NCBI GenBank assembly: GCA_963754315.1
Contig: CAVWFS010000007.1
Coordinates: 224,001 to 288,000 of the forward strand
Direction: 5' to 3'
Origin: an uncultured Candidatus Rokubacteria bacterium
GTDB lineage: Bacteria; Methylomirabilota; Methylomirabilia; Rokubacteriales; CSP1-6
Length of the DNA: 64,000 nt
Part shown: positions 43,137-54,361 of the stretch, one piece after another
Position numbering within the stretch: position 1 is the first letter of the stretch
Layout: the number at the start of each line of letters is the position of its first letter
Notes under the pieces: model-generated
What the model was told of the DNA's origin: nothing
What the model saw: only the letters and a program-made list of their open reading frames with translations
Database searches by the model: none
Position numbers and translations under genes: made by a program

Positions 43137-44485
43137 GCCTCGCCGATGGCGGCCCGAATGACCCCGGCCAGCTCGTCAGCCATGCTGCGGATGCGCTCAC
43201 CGTCCGGCCCCTCGATCATCACGCGGGCGAGCGACTCCGTGCCCGAGTAACGGATCACGATGCGGCCGGCTCCGTTCATCTCCTGCTCGAACGCCTGAAC
43301 GCGGATGGGCACACCGCTCACCGAGTCGAGAGGTGGTTTGCTCCGGACCGGGACGTTGACCAGCACCTGGGGGAACTTTCGCATACATTGGGCCAGTGCT
43401 CCCAGCTTCGTGCCCGTCTCGGTCACAACCGAGAGCAGGGCGAGGGCCGAGAGGATCCCGTCGCCGGCCGGTGCATGGTCGAGGAACAGCAGGTGTCCTG
43501 ATTGCTCCCCTCCCAGATTGGCTTTGCTCCGCCGCATCTCCTCGAAGACGTAGCGGTCGCCGACCTGGGTGCGCACGACCTTGATTCCTTGGGCCGTCAG
43601 CGCCTCCTCCAGACCGAGATTGGCCATGACCGTCGTGACCACCACGTTGCTGTGCAGTCGTCCCTGCGCAGCCAGATGCCGCCCGGCGATGGCCAGGATG
43701 TAGTCACCGTCGCGAATCGCTCCCGTCTCGTCGACGGCAATCAGACGATCGCCGTCGCCGTCGAAGGCAAACCCGATGGTGGCCCCTCGCGCCGGGACCC
43801 ATCGCTGGAGCTCCTCAGGGTACAGCGCCCCCACCTTGTCGTTGATATTCGTGCCGGTCGGGGAGACTCCCATGGCGACCACGCGCGCCCCCAGACGGCG
43901 GAACACCATCGGCGCCACCCGGTAGGTGGCACCATGGGCACCGTCGAGGGCTACCGTCATGCCGTGGAGGTCGAGGGGAAAACAGCGAGAGAGGAAATTG
44001 ACATAGTCGCTTTCCGCGTGGTCGTAGCTGATCAGACGACCGACATGCTGCCGTCGGGCGCGAGGGGCGATGTCGGCCCCGGCCAGTCGCTGCTCGATCT
44101 CGAGCTCCCAGGCGTCGGGAAACTTCGTCCCCGTGGAGGCGAAGAGCTTGATGCCGTTGTCTTCGAAGGGATTGTGTGACGCCGTGAAGGCGACGCCGCC
44201 GTGCGCTTGCAAAGCGCGGGTCAGCAGGGAGATCCCGGGCGTGGGGAGAACACCGACCGCGTAGCAGTCCGCACCTGCCGACAGCGCCCCCGCCGCGAGG
44301 GCCGATTCTAGTAAGGGTCCCGAGCGACGTGTGTCCCGTCCGAGCACGAGGCGGACCTTTTCCGCCCCATGCTCGACCTGCAAGGTGGCCACCAGCTGCC
44401 GCCCAACCCGATAGGCCAGCTCGGGAGTCAGGGGCTCCTCGTTGGCGATCCCGCGGATGCCGTCAGTCCCAAACAGTCGCGTCAT
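43133..44485 (-). CDS. glmM: Phosphoglucosamine mutase
   Basis: LFGTDGIRG, ASHNP..DNG, DGDGDR, GGEQSGH, RYSGTE. ATG at 44485. Confidence 0.95.
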   Translation of the reverse strand: MTRLFGTDGIRGIANEEPLTPELAYRVGRQLVATLQVEHGAEKVRLVLGRDTRRSGPLLESALAAGALSAGADCYAVGVLPTPGISLLTRALQAHGGVAFTASHNPFEDNGIKLFASTGTKFPDAWELEIEQRLAGADIAPRARRQHVGRLISYDHAESDYVNFLSRCFPLDLHGMTVALDGAHGATYRVAPMVFRRLGARVVAMGVSPTGTNINDKVGALYPEELQRWVPARGATIGFAFDGDGDRLIAVDETGAIRDGDYILAIAGRHLAAQGRLHSNVVVTTVMANLGLEEALTAQGIKVVRTQVGDRYVFEEMRRSKANLGGEQSGHLLFLDHAPAGDGILSALALLSVVTETGTKLGALAQCMRKFPQVLVNVPVRSKPPLDSVSGVPIRVQAFEQEMNGAGRIVIRYSGTESLARVMIEGPDGERIRSMADELAGVIRAAIGEA

Positions 44486-44492
44486 GGGGTCC

Positions 44493-45378
44493 TCACGTGG
44501 CGCCCGCCGCTCGTGCCTGGCGAATCGCGGTAGCCACCCGCACGGCGTCTCGGGTTTCGCGCACGTCGTGAGCCCGAACGAGGGATGCTCCGTGGGCGAC
44601 GGCGAGGGCGGTGGCGGCCAGCGACCCCGCCAGCCGGTCCGCCGGCGAGGGCTGGTCGATGAGGGTCCCGATGAACGACTTGCGCGATACGGCAACGGCG
44701 AGCGGGCGACCGAACACCAGCAGGCGATCGAGATGGGCGAGGACTTCGACGTCCCATCTGTTCCATGGCGTGGGACCTGACCGGAAGAACCCAATTCCGG
44801 GGTCCAGCACGACCCGCTCCTCAGCGATCCCCATCGTACGTGCCCGCTCAAGGCTTCGCGCCAGGCACCCGGTCACTGTGGCGAGCGGCCCCTCCGGGAG
44901 CGGCGCCGTCGGATGTGGGAGAAGCCATGGCGATGAGCCCGGCCTCGTGGGCAGCCACGAGTCGGGCAAGCTCAGGATCGCCGAGACCTGAAACGTCGTT
45001 GATCACCTGAGCCCCCGCCTCGAGGGCGACGCGGGCGGGCGCCGCGCGGGGGGTGTCGGCCGAGATCGGAACGTCGAGCTTGGCCGCCAGGGCGCCTACC
45101 GCGCGTTCCAGGCGCTCACACTCTTGGGCCTCGTCGATCGTGTTGGGCACGTAGGGGGCGGTGGAGCGGGCGCCCACGTCGATGAGATCGGCCCCTGCCG
45201 CGACCATGCTCAGGGCCGCGTCCAGGAGAGCTTCCGGTTCGGCGTACACTGACCCTGCGTAGAACGACTCGGGGCTGACGTTCAGCGACCCCATCACCGC
45301 GACGGGAGCGCCATCCCCGAGGACCACGCCGGGCCACTCCGCCCGCCCCCAGATCACACCGTTGCCCCGCGCGCTCAT
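44493..45378 (-). CDS. folP: Dihydropteroate synthase; frameshift near 44918
   Basis: LNVSPESF, IDVGARST, SADT, INDVSG in the N-terminal frame; LDPGIGF, SRKSF, RAHDV in the C-terminal frame. Confidence 0.88.
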
Positions 45379-45408
45379 GGCCGTCGGCGATGTGTGAGTT
45401 CGAGCTGA

Positions 45409-47226
45409 CTAGGCGGGAGCCGGGGTTCCCTGATACTGCCCTGCGCGCAAGATGCGGGCGATCTCCTCGCTGTCGAGCGATTCGCGCTCGAGCAGGGCCC
45501 GCGCGAGGGCGTGCAGCTTGTCGAGGTTTTCCTCGAGAATCCTTCGCGCACGGTTGGCGCAGTCGAGCACGATCTGCTTGATCTCGCGATCGATGAGGAT
45601 CGCGGTGTCCTCGCTGTAGTCCTTCTGGCGCGCCACCTCGCGGCCCAGGAAGATGTGCTCCTCGTTCTTTCCGAAGGTGAGCGGACCAAGCTTCTCCGCC
45701 ATCCCCCACTCGCACACCATCTTCCGCGCCATCTCGGTGGCCTTTTCCAGATCGTCGCCGGCGCCCGTGGTCTGCTGGTTGAGGACCATCTCCTCGGCCG
45801 TGCGGCCTCCCATGAGAATGGTGATGCGGTTGACGAGGTACTCGCGTGAGTAATTGTATTTGTCGTCCATGGGCAGCTGCATGGTCAGGCCCAGCGCGCG
45901 CCCCCGCGGGATGATGGTCACCTTGTGGAGCGGGTCGGTCCCGGGCAAGACGTCCGCGACGAGCGCGTGTCCCGCCTCGTGGTAGGCGATGGTGCGCTTT
46001 TCGGTCTCGCTGATGATCATGGAGCGCCGCTCCACGCCCATCATGACCTTGTCCTTCGCGTACTCGAAGTCCGGCATTTCCACGATCTTCTTGTTCTGCC
46101 GCGCGGCCAGCAGGGCCGCCTCGTTGACGAGGTTGGCCAGGTCGGCTCCCGAGAAGCCAGGGGTGCCGCGGGCGAGCAACTTGAGCTCGACGTCGGCGGC
46201 CAGCGGAATGCGTCGGGCGTGGACGCGAAGAATCTCCTCGCGGCCCCTGACGTCGGGACGCGGCACCACCACCTGGCGATCGAAGCGACCGGGACGGAGC
46301 AGAGCCGGATCGAGCACGTCAGGCCGGTTGGTGGCGGCGATGAGGATGACCCCTTCGTTCGTCTCGAATCCGTCCATCTCGACCAGAAGCTGGTTGAGCG
46401 TCTGCTCTCGTTCGTCGTGGCCGCCGCCGAGCCCGGCGCCACGGTGGCGGCCCACGGCATCGATCTCGTCCATGAAGATGATGCAGGGCGCGTGCTTCTT
46501 GCCCTGTTCGAACAAATCACGAACGCGCGAGGCGCCTACCCCGACGAACATCTCCACGAAGTCGGAGCCGGAGATGGTGAAGAAGGGCACGTTGGCCTCG
46601 CCGGCGATGGCCTTGGCCAGAAGGGTCTTTCCCGTTCCCGGTGGTCCCACCAGGAGGACCCCCTTGGGGATCTTGCCCCCGAGCTTCTGGAACTTCTGCG
46701 GATCCTTGAGGAAGTCGATGATCTCCCGAAGCTCTTCCTTGGCTTCGTCGACCCCCGCCACGTCCTGGAAGGTCACCTTGTTCTGCTTCTCCGAGATGAG
46801 CCGCGCCCGTGCCTTGCCGAAGGAGAGAGCCTTGGCACCTCCGCCTTGCATCTGGCGCATGAAGAAGATCCAGACGCCAATGAAGAGGAGCATGGGTACC
46901 CACTGCAGGAAAATCGCGTACCACGGATTGGCGTCGGGCGGCTTGACGGCGATCCGTACCCCACGATCGCGCAGCATCTTGATGAGGTCAGGATAGTCGA
47001 CGATGTACGTGCGCTGCGGCTGGGCGCTGTCCTTCAGATAGTAGGTGACGAAGTTCCCCCGAATCTGGACCGATTCCACACGTGAGGCCTCGACGGCACG
47101 GAGGAATTCCGAGAAATTCGGCGGCTCGTGGCCTCCCTGCTGCGAGCCTTGGAAGACCGTGAACAGCAGAATGACGATGAGGCCAATGACCATCCAGAGG
47201 GCGAGATTCTTGTACACCTGATTCAT
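45409..47226 (-). CDS. ftsH: ATP-dependent zinc metalloprotease FtsH
   Basis: [17 protein letters not shown]...RPGRFDR, HEAGH. ATG at 47226. Confidence 0.97.
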   Translation of the reverse strand: MNQVYKNLALWMVIGLIVILLFTVFQGSQQGGHEPPNFSEFLRAVEASRVESVQIRGNFVTYYLKDSAQPQRTYIVDYPDLIKMLRDRGVRIAVKPPDANPWYAIFLQWVPMLLFIGVWIFFMRQMQGGGAKALSFGKARARLISEKQNKVTFQDVAGVDEAKEELREIIDFLKDPQKFQKLGGKIPKGVLLVGPPGTGKTLLAKAIAGEANVPFFTISGSDFVEMFVGVGASRVRDLFEQGKKHAPCIIFMDEIDAVGRHRGAGLGGGHDEREQTLNQLLVEMDGFETNEGVILIAATNRPDVLDPALLRPGRFDRQVVVPRPDVRGREEILRVHARRIPLAADVELKLLARGTPGFSGADLANLVNEAALLAARQNKKIVEMPDFEYAKDKVMMGVERRSMIISETEKRTIAYHEAGHALVADVLPGTDPLHKVTIIPRGRALGLTMQLPMDDKYNYSREYLVNRITILMGGRTAEEMVLNQQTTGAGDDLEKATEMARKMVCEWGMAEKLGPLTFGKNEEHIFLGREVARQKDYSEDTAILIDREIKQIVLDCANRARRILEENLDKLHALARALLERESLDSEEIARILRAGQYQGTPAPA

Positions 47227-47278
47227 GGGTTGCCAGTATAGCACCACGGAGGGATGACGCGTCGCGTTGCGGCTCGAA

Positions 47279-47821
47279 TCACACGCCCTCGAGCACGGCC
47301 ACGTACGGGAGGTTCCGGAAGACGCCACCGTAGTCGAATCCGTATCCCACCACGTACACGTTGGGAACCGTGAAGCCGACGTAGTCGACCGATACCTCGA
47401 CTTGCCGCCGCTCGATCTTGTCGGCCAGGACGCACACGCGCACGCTTTTCGGATGCCGGGCCTCCAGGTTTCGCTTCAGGTAGGCCAAGGTCAGCCCGGT
47501 GTCCACGATGTCCTCCACGATCAGGACCTGGCGGTCCTCGATCGACATCGACAGATCCGACACGAGCCTTACCTGGCCGGACGAGGAGGTTCCACTCCCG
47601 TAGCTGGAGAGGCCGATGAAGTCCGTGGTGAGATCGATGGGAATCGCCCGGATCAGGTCCGCCATGAAGAGGAACGCGCCCTGGAGAACACCGACCAGGA
47701 CGGGATTCTCTCCCGCGTAGTCCCGGGCGATCTCCCGCCCCATCGCGGCGATGCGAACGCGCAGCTGCTCTTCGGTGATGACGACGCGGCCGGGTCGTGG
47801 GCCGTCAGCGGCTCGTGACAT
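47279..47821 (-). CDS. hpt: Hypoxanthine phosphoribosyltransferase
   Basis: [16 protein letters not shown] motif, VVGYGFDY...RNLP. Confidence 0.95.
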   Translation of the reverse strand: MSRAADGPRPGRVVITEEQLRVRIAAMGREIARDYAGENPVLVGVLQGAFLFMADLIRAIPIDLTTDFIGLSSYGSGTSSSGQVRLVSDLSMSIEDRQVLIVEDIVDTGLTLAYLKRNLEARHPKSVRVCVLADKIERRQVEVSVDYVGFTVPNVYVVGYGFDYGGVFRNLPYVAVLEGV

Positions 47822-48446
47822 AGCGCGCGCCCGCTACCGGCAGCCGCGAGGCGGCCGCGATGGCGGCCTCGCGCGTTGCATACGATCCCACGCGCACGCG
47901 ATAGCGGGGCGTGCCGGCGGGGCCGTCGCTTTCCACGATGTACGCCACATGGCCGGTCGCGGCCATCGTGCTGCGCAGGGCCTCGGCGGAGGCGCGGACG
48001 CTATAGGCGGCAATCTGGACGGTGAAGCGCGGCGCTGCGCTCTCGGCCTCGGCCTTGCGCGCGGACCCTTCGCGCTTCTCGGCCTTCGCCGCCTTGTCCT
48101 CGACGCGCGTCGGACTCGGCTCGGGCTTGTCCGGAGCTCGCCGGGGCTCGCTCGCGCTCAGCTTCGGCACCGCCGGTGCTGGCGAGACCGCCAACGGGGC
48201 GGTCAGCTCTTCGTAAAAGGTCAGGGGCGGTGGTGCCGCAGAGGCTAGCGCGCCGGGGGCCGACCCGCGAGGCGTGGGCACGGCAGTGGCCTGGCCGCCG
48301 GACGTCGAGCTTGTCGTACGGCTCAAGACTCGACCGCTGTAGAAGCCGGCCCCGAAGGTTAGGGTCAGAAGGCCGAGACAGCCGACGATCGCGAGGATCG
48401 TCCCCACCCGGCCTTCGTCACGTTGGCGCTGTCGTGCATTCATCAT
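47805..48446 (-). CDS. SPOR-domain membrane protein
   Basis: N-terminal TM, LTFYEEL, Pro/Ala-rich linker, FTVQIAAY...YRVRVGSY. Confidence 0.85.
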   Translation of the reverse strand: MMNARQRQRDEGRVGTILAIVGCLGLLTLTFGAGFYSGRVLSRTTSSTSGGQATAVPTPRGSAPGALASAAPPPLTFYEELTAPLAVSPAPAVPKLSASEPRRAPDKPEPSPTRVEDKAAKAEKREGSARKAEAESAAPRFTVQIAAYSVRASAEALRSTMAATGHVAYIVESDGPAGTPRYRVRVGSYATREAAIAAASRLPVAGARYVTSR

Positions 48447-50124
48447 CACATGCTCTCCGGTGCGCTCACCCCCAGAAGATCGAGGCCGCTGGCCACGACC
48501 TGCCCCACCGCGAGGCAGAGCGCGAGGCGCCCGGTCGCCAGAAGGCGGTCGTCCTGGATGATTCGGTGAGCCTTGTAGTACGGGTGGAACAGCCCGGCCA
48601 ACTCCTGGAGCCAATACGCGATGCGGTGGGGCTCGCGGGCGCGGGCGGCGGCCGCGAGCAGGTCGGGGTACTGCAGCAAGCGCTTGATGATCTGCTGCTC
48701 CTCGGGAAGCCTGAGGACGGTGGTGTCGATCTGGTCCCAGGCGGGCACCGCGATACCCTGCGCAGCGGCCTGGCGCGCGACGCTCCGGATGCGGGCGTGA
48801 GCGTACTGAACGTAGTAGACGGGATTGTCCGTCGTCTGCCGCGCGGCCACGGCCAGGTCGAAATCGAGAGGACTGTCGTGCCGGCGCGTCAGGAACGTGA
48901 AGCGGGCGGCGTCGCGCCCCACCTCCTCCAGCAACTCTTCCATCAGCACGAACTCCCCGCGCCGCTTCGACATCTTGACGGGCTGGCCGTCGCGCAACAG
49001 GGTGACGAGCTGCACGATCAGGACCTCGAGCGCCTCGGGAGCGTGACCGAGGGCCTGCATGGCTGCCCTGATCCGCCCCACGTATCCGTGGTGGTCGGCT
49101 CCAACGAGCGTGACGACCCGGTCGGCGGCGTCGAACTTCAGATAGTGGTGATAGGCCACGTCGACGGCAAAATAGGTCAGCTCGCCGTTCGATCGGCGCA
49201 GCACGCGGTCCTTGTCGTCCCCGAATACGGTCGACCGAAACCACAAGGCGCCGTCGTGCTCGTAGGTCAGCCCGCGCTTGGAAAGTGCCTCGATCGCGCG
49301 CTCGGGCAATCCCGCGTCGCGGACATCCCGCTGCTCGGACGACCACACGTCGAAGACGACGCCGTACTGTTGCAGCACCCGGCGCTGTTCGTCCACCAGG
49401 CGCTCGACGGCGTAGCGGCCCAGCCGATCAAGCTCCGCCGCATCGCCTTCCCCTGCGACCTGGACCGGGCCCCCCTCTCGAGGTAATGCCGAGCAAGGTC
49501 GATCAAGTACTCGCCAGGGTAGCCGTTCTCGGGCAGGCGCGTGTCTAGGGGGATCTCCCCGGGGCGCCGCTCGGTGGCCAGTTCTCGGATGCGGGCTCGA
49601 AATGACCGTGCCAGCGCCTCGGCCTGGTTGCCGGCATCGTTGATGTAATACTCGGAAACGACCTCTACCCCTTGACTGCGGAGGACCCGTGCGAGCGCGT
49701 CGCCGACGGCGGCCGCCCGGGCGTTCACGATCACCAGGGGGCCGGTTGGGTTAGCCGAGACGAACTCGACGCGAACCCTTTCCCCCCGCCCGCCCGTGCC
49801 GTGGCCGTAGCGGGCGCCATCGGCCAGGATGCGCAGCACCTGGCGCCCGCACCACAGAGGGGAGAGGAAGACGTTCAGGAACCCCGGACCGGCCAATTCT
49901 ATCCGCTCCACCTCCGGGAGGCTCGGGAGGTGCTTGACGATCAGGTCGGCGATCTGTCTCGGCGGCAGACCTGCGTCGCGAGCGAGGACGAGAGCGACGT
50001 TGGTCGCGTAGTCGCCGTGGCCGGCTTGCCGAGGAGGTTCCCAGCCTATGTCCTTTGGCATGGGCAGCCCAGCTGCCGCCAACGCGACCCTCACTGCATC
50101 CGTCAGCCGATCAATGATAGCCAT
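48446..50124 (-). CDS. argS: Arginine--tRNA ligase; frameshift in the C6 run near 49472
   Basis: GDYATN, GPGFLN, EFVSANPTGP, YIND.G.Q in the N-terminal frame; GADHHGY, MSKRRG, YYVQYAHAR in the C-terminal frame. Confidence 0.93.
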
Positions 50125-50214
50125 CCGATTCTATGTGCTGAAAACACCTCAGACTCGAGCGGATTTCTGCATCATACCGAGGCTGAACCCGTGACCCAGC
50201 AGGAAAAACGTCAG

Positions 50215-51159
50215 CTATCGAGAGTAGTTTCTCAGCAACCAACCCCCAAGCAGGGCTACTAGTGTGCCAAGTGCTCCCACCCTGACCAGGCGCAGGCTTC
50301 GATCGATATGCTCGGCTCCAGGGAGGCTCCCGCTGCCGAGTCGGTACGCGCCGACCTTCTCCAAGACGACGCCAAGGGCTCCCGCCATGCTCGCCATGGT
50401 CCATCCAGCGTTGGGGCTGGCCGTCAGCCGGTGGTCACGGAGCATGGTCGACCATGAAACCCGGCCACGCCGCTCCACGAGGGCGGCCGCCAGTACGAGC
50501 GCGACGGCAGCCATCCGGGCGGGCACAAGATTCAGGAGGTCGTCGGCACGCGCCGCAGCCTTCCCGAAGTACTCCAGTGGTCCGTGTCGGTAGCCGAGCA
50601 TGGCGTCGGCCGTGTTTATGGCCCGATAGGCGCACGCGCCGCCCAGACCGAAGACGACGTAGAAGCAGAGCGGCGCGACGAACGAGTCTGTCAGATTCTC
50701 GGCCGCCGACTCGATCGTTGCCGACGCGACCCGGCCAGTATCGAGGGATCCCGTCGGCCGGCTCACCAGGTGGTAGCCCAGCAGCCTTCGCGCCTGGGCA
50801 AGGTCTTCCGTGCTGAGAGCTTCTCTAACCTGATGACAAGCATCCGTCAGACCTCGAAGGGAAATCAAAAGCTTGAGGGCCACTGCTTCGAGGATCACTC
50901 CAGGCCATCCGAGGCCGCGCACGCCGACGGAAAACACCATCGCGCTACCCCACGCCAGCCCGGCTACGGCCATGACGAGCACCGACCCTCGCAGAAGCAG
51001 GCCACCGGGGACACCGTACTCGAGCCTGACCCGGCCCCATCCGAGGAGGCTCCCGATCCACGCGACCGGGTGCCAGCGATTCGGGGGATCGGCGAGGAGC
51101 TGGTCGAGGACCACGGCGAGCACCATCACGGCGGGTCCCCACCAGACCGTGCTCGTCAC
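50215..51159 (-). CDS. cbiB: Adenosylcobinamide-phosphate synthase
   Basis: HPV.WIG, ES.AEN.TD, NTADAMLGY, DD.LN..PAR, SPNAG. GTG at 51159. Confidence 0.92.
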   Translation of the reverse strand: MTSTVWWGPAVMVLAVVLDQLLADPPNRWHPVAWIGSLLGWGRVRLEYGVPGGLLLRGSVLVMAVAGLAWGSAMVFSVGVRGLGWPGVILEAVALKLLISLRGLTDACHQVREALSTEDLAQARRLLGYHLVSRPTGSLDTGRVASATIESAAENLTDSFVAPLCFYVVFGLGGACAYRAINTADAMLGYRHGPLEYFGKAAARADDLLNLVPARMAAVALVLAAALVERRGRVSWSTMLRDHRLTASPNAGWTMASMAGALGVVLEKVGAYRLGSGSLPGAEHIDRSLRLVRVGALGTLVALLGGWLLRNYSR

Positions 51160-52720
51160 CGTGGCATGCACGTCCCGCGCGGGTAGGCCAGTCCGGCGAG
51201 CCGTGCGACGCGGGTCACATCGATGGCCCCGCCCGCGATGTCCGCGAGGCGATCGTAAGGGTCGGCCCGCCCCTCGCCCCAGCGGGGATCCGGCCGCTTC
51301 CCCCGGCGGGCGGCCAAGCTTGTGAGCAGAGAACGCCGCGCCGAGCCGTTGGCGAACAGGCCGTGCAGATACGTTCCCTCGACGTTGCCCCGGGTATCGA
51401 CGGCTCCGTCGACATCCGTGACAGCGTGCCCTTCGCGGCTCAGGATGCCGAAGACGGGTCGAGAGTGTCTCGCCTCTCCAACATGTCCGGAGTGGCCCGT
51501 GTGGATCTCGTAGGCGGCAATCGGCCCGCCCGCGCCACAGAACAGTGGCGAGCTCGGCAGGCCCTTGGCCTCCACGTGCCGCGTGGTCTTGGGAGCGACG
51601 AACCTTGTTTCCACCGGAAGCAGCCCCAGCCCCGGCGCGCTTTCCGTCGACGATTCGATCCGCTCGGGATCCGAGATCGCTACCCCGAGCATCTGATATC
51701 CCCCGCAGATGCCCAGCACCGGTAGCCCAGAGCGGGCCGAGGCCCGGATGGCCTCGGCGAGACCGTGCCCGCGGAGCCACTCGAGATCAGAGATCGTGCT
51801 CTTGCTCCCCGGCAGGACGACGAGGTCGGTGCCCACCAACTCCTCGACGCTCTGGACGAAGCGAAGACGGACGCCGGGCTCGGTCGCGAGCGGCTCGAAT
51901 TCGTCGAAGTTGGCGATGCGGGGAAAGCGGACCACCGCGATGTCGATCGACGCCGGCATCGAGACGCGTGGGTCCGGGCGTCCAGGTCGAGGGAATCCTC
52001 GGCGGGGACAAGCCGTTCCTCGATGTACGGCACCACGCCGAGAACGGGTAGACCCGTGCGCGCGGTGAGCGCGGCGAGCCCCGGCTCGAGCAGCGCGAGA
52101 TCGCCGCGAAACTTGTTCACGATGAACCCTGCGATGCGCCGCCGGTCGTCAGACGCCAGCAGTTCCAAGGTACCGACCAGAGCCGCGAAGAGCCCTCCTC
52201 GGTCGATGTCGCCCACCAGGAGCACGGGCGCGTCCGCGAGGTGAGCGATGCGCATGTTGACGATATCGCTGTCGCGCAGGTTGATTTCGGCCGGGCTGCC
52301 AGCGCCCTCGATCACGACGAGATCATGGTGACTGCGCAACCGCTCGAGGCTCGCCGCCACCACGGGCAGGAGCCTGCTCTGCATCGCGGCGTACCCGCGG
52401 AAATCGACCCGTCCCCAGACCGCACCGCGCACGATCAGCTGCGAGTGCTCGTTGCTTTCCGGCTTGAGAAGAATGGGGTTCATATCCACGCTCGGATCCA
52501 GCCGGGCCGCTTCGGCCTGGGCGGCCTGCGCGCGGCCGATCTCGCCTTCCCCCGCCACCACCGCCGCATTGAGAGACATGTTCTGCGACTTGAACGGCGC
52601 CACGCGGTACCCCGCCCGCGTGAAGAGCCGGCACAGTGCGGCGGCGAGCACGCTCTTCCCCACCCCGGACCCTGTTCCCTGGATCATCAGACAGGGAGCC
52701 AGCTGACGTCGGCCGGTCAT
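51156..52720 (-). CDS. cobQ: Cobyric acid synthase; frameshift near 51970
   Basis: IQGTGS.VGKS, PFKSQNM, EGAGSPAE, DIDRGG, then GATase GICGGYQMLG, YEIH, GTYLHG in the next frame. Confidence 0.92.
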
Positions 52721-53687
52721 CGCATCTCGAAGACGATAGGGAGGCGAGCCCTGATCGTGCGGGGGACGAGATGCGGAGGAAACGGCAGGGGCGGCAGCTG
52801 CTTCACGGATTCCAGCACGGCCGCGTCGAGTATGCCGTGCGAGGATGATTCGACCAGCTTGACCCCTCCCACGGCACCACTCGGTTCGATGAGGATCTCG
52901 ATCCGCACGGTGCCCGTGAGGCTCCGTCGGCGGGCCGCGAGCGGATAGGGAGGGACGCTTTCGTGAATCCGCGTCCGCCAGAGAGTCAGGTAGGGGCCGT
53001 ACTCGGGTCCAACGCCACCGCCTCCTCCGCCCCTGGCCGCGAGTGCCGAGTTGCCGACCTCCGTCAGCGGTCGGAGGGCCCGCACCGCTGGCCGCGCGGC
53101 CCTCGCCGCCATGGGTGGTTTTGCCATCGGCGCCGCCGGGAACCCCGGGCATGAGGGCTCGAACGTCCGCGCCGGGCCCGCGGCCTGTACCTTCCCCTGT
53201 TCCTCCGGTGCTGCCAGCAGGTGGCGCAGCGGTAGGCGTGTCGCTGCTGGGGCGAACCGGGTCAACCAACATGGGCGCTCCGGATACGGCGATCGGCTCG
53301 TGTCGATCCGCTGCTCTGCCTGCCGGCTCCGACCGCGCAACGATAGAACGCTCACCGCTCCTCGCGGGGGTTGGCAAGCCCATGCGGAGCGTCTCGCGGG
53401 TTGGCGCCGGCTCCTCCTTCGGATATGGCTCGCGACGGGGCACCAAAGAAACGCCCTGAGGCTCGAGATCTGGCCGTGGGTCGGGCCGTTGGCGCCCGCT
53501 GGCCAGGAGATCGCGATTCGGGGCTGGAAGGAGGAGCCGGCGCGCTGACCTCCGGATCCGCCGTCAGGTCGACCAACAGGATGGGCAGCACCGAGTTGCG
53601 GTAGAGCAGATAGGCGACCGTGAGCAGACACACCCCGTGGACGATGATGGACAGAGGAACGCTCAGGAGCCAATCGCGACGCCTCAC
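52717..53687 (-). CDS. tonB: TonB-family energy transducer; 1-2 frameshifts in the Pro/Gly linker
   Basis: N-terminal TM with S.I.H (LSIIVHG). C-terminal YP..ARR..L.G.V...SS....LD.A domain lies in a different frame. Confidence 0.75.
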
Positions 53688-54359
53688 GGGTGCCTGGCCA
53701 TCCACGCTCGCACGCCGCCGCCGAGCGCTCGGTGAGTCAAGTGGGCGACCAGCGCGCCCAGGCTGCTGATGGGCCCGCCGAATTCCACGGCGCGCCCGCG
53801 GCCGGTGGCGGCGATGACGACCGCGTCGGTCGATGTGCCGCTGGCCAACCGCCCGTTGGCACACCGCAATCCCGCCTCTCTCAGCGCCGCCGTCTTGACC
53901 TCGGTCACCGTGATCACGAGATTCACGAGGGCAGCCGGGCTAGGGATCGCGTCCACCACGACGATTGTGTTGATGGTCGAGGGGGCGTGGGCCTCCGCCA
54001 CCACGCTCGTCCCGGCCTCGATCGGGTTGCCGAGGCCCACGCTCACGAGGGCCAGAACCCGCAGGTCGTCGGCCTCCTCGAACGCGACCTCCGTGTGCTG
54101 GGTCCAGGCCGAGGTGCAGAGCCCAACATAGGGCGAGGGCAACGCGCGCCGCGCCACGAAGTCGGCGAGGGCGGCCTCCCACCCCGAGGTTGTTCCTCGA
54201 GGTGGCGGCTGCCAGTCCTTCGGCACGTGGAGATTGACGATCGTGCGCGCGGCGCCGAGCCCTCCTCCCACGAGGGCGGATGACACGACGGTGAGTGCCT
54301 CGCGGAATCGTCACGACAACCGCTTCGGCGCTCACCTCGTGCTGGACACCCTCGATCAT
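53684..54359 (-). CDS. cbiZ: Adenosylcobinamide amidohydrolase; frameshift near 54300
   Basis: SSA..GGG, GL.N, TINTI, TE.K, SGTSTDA motifs. N-terminus MIEGV... is in another frame. Confidence 0.82.
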
Positions 54360-54361
54360 GG

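Noticed and set aside
49465..49480. Programmed frameshift or phase variation in argS
   Set aside because: One of many scattered homopolymer indels; sequencing error is the simpler explanation.
51680..53446. Apparent TonB-linker/CobQ fusion ORF
   Set aside because: Result of frameshifts and an open frame; cobQ has its own ATG at 52720 overlapping the tonB stop.
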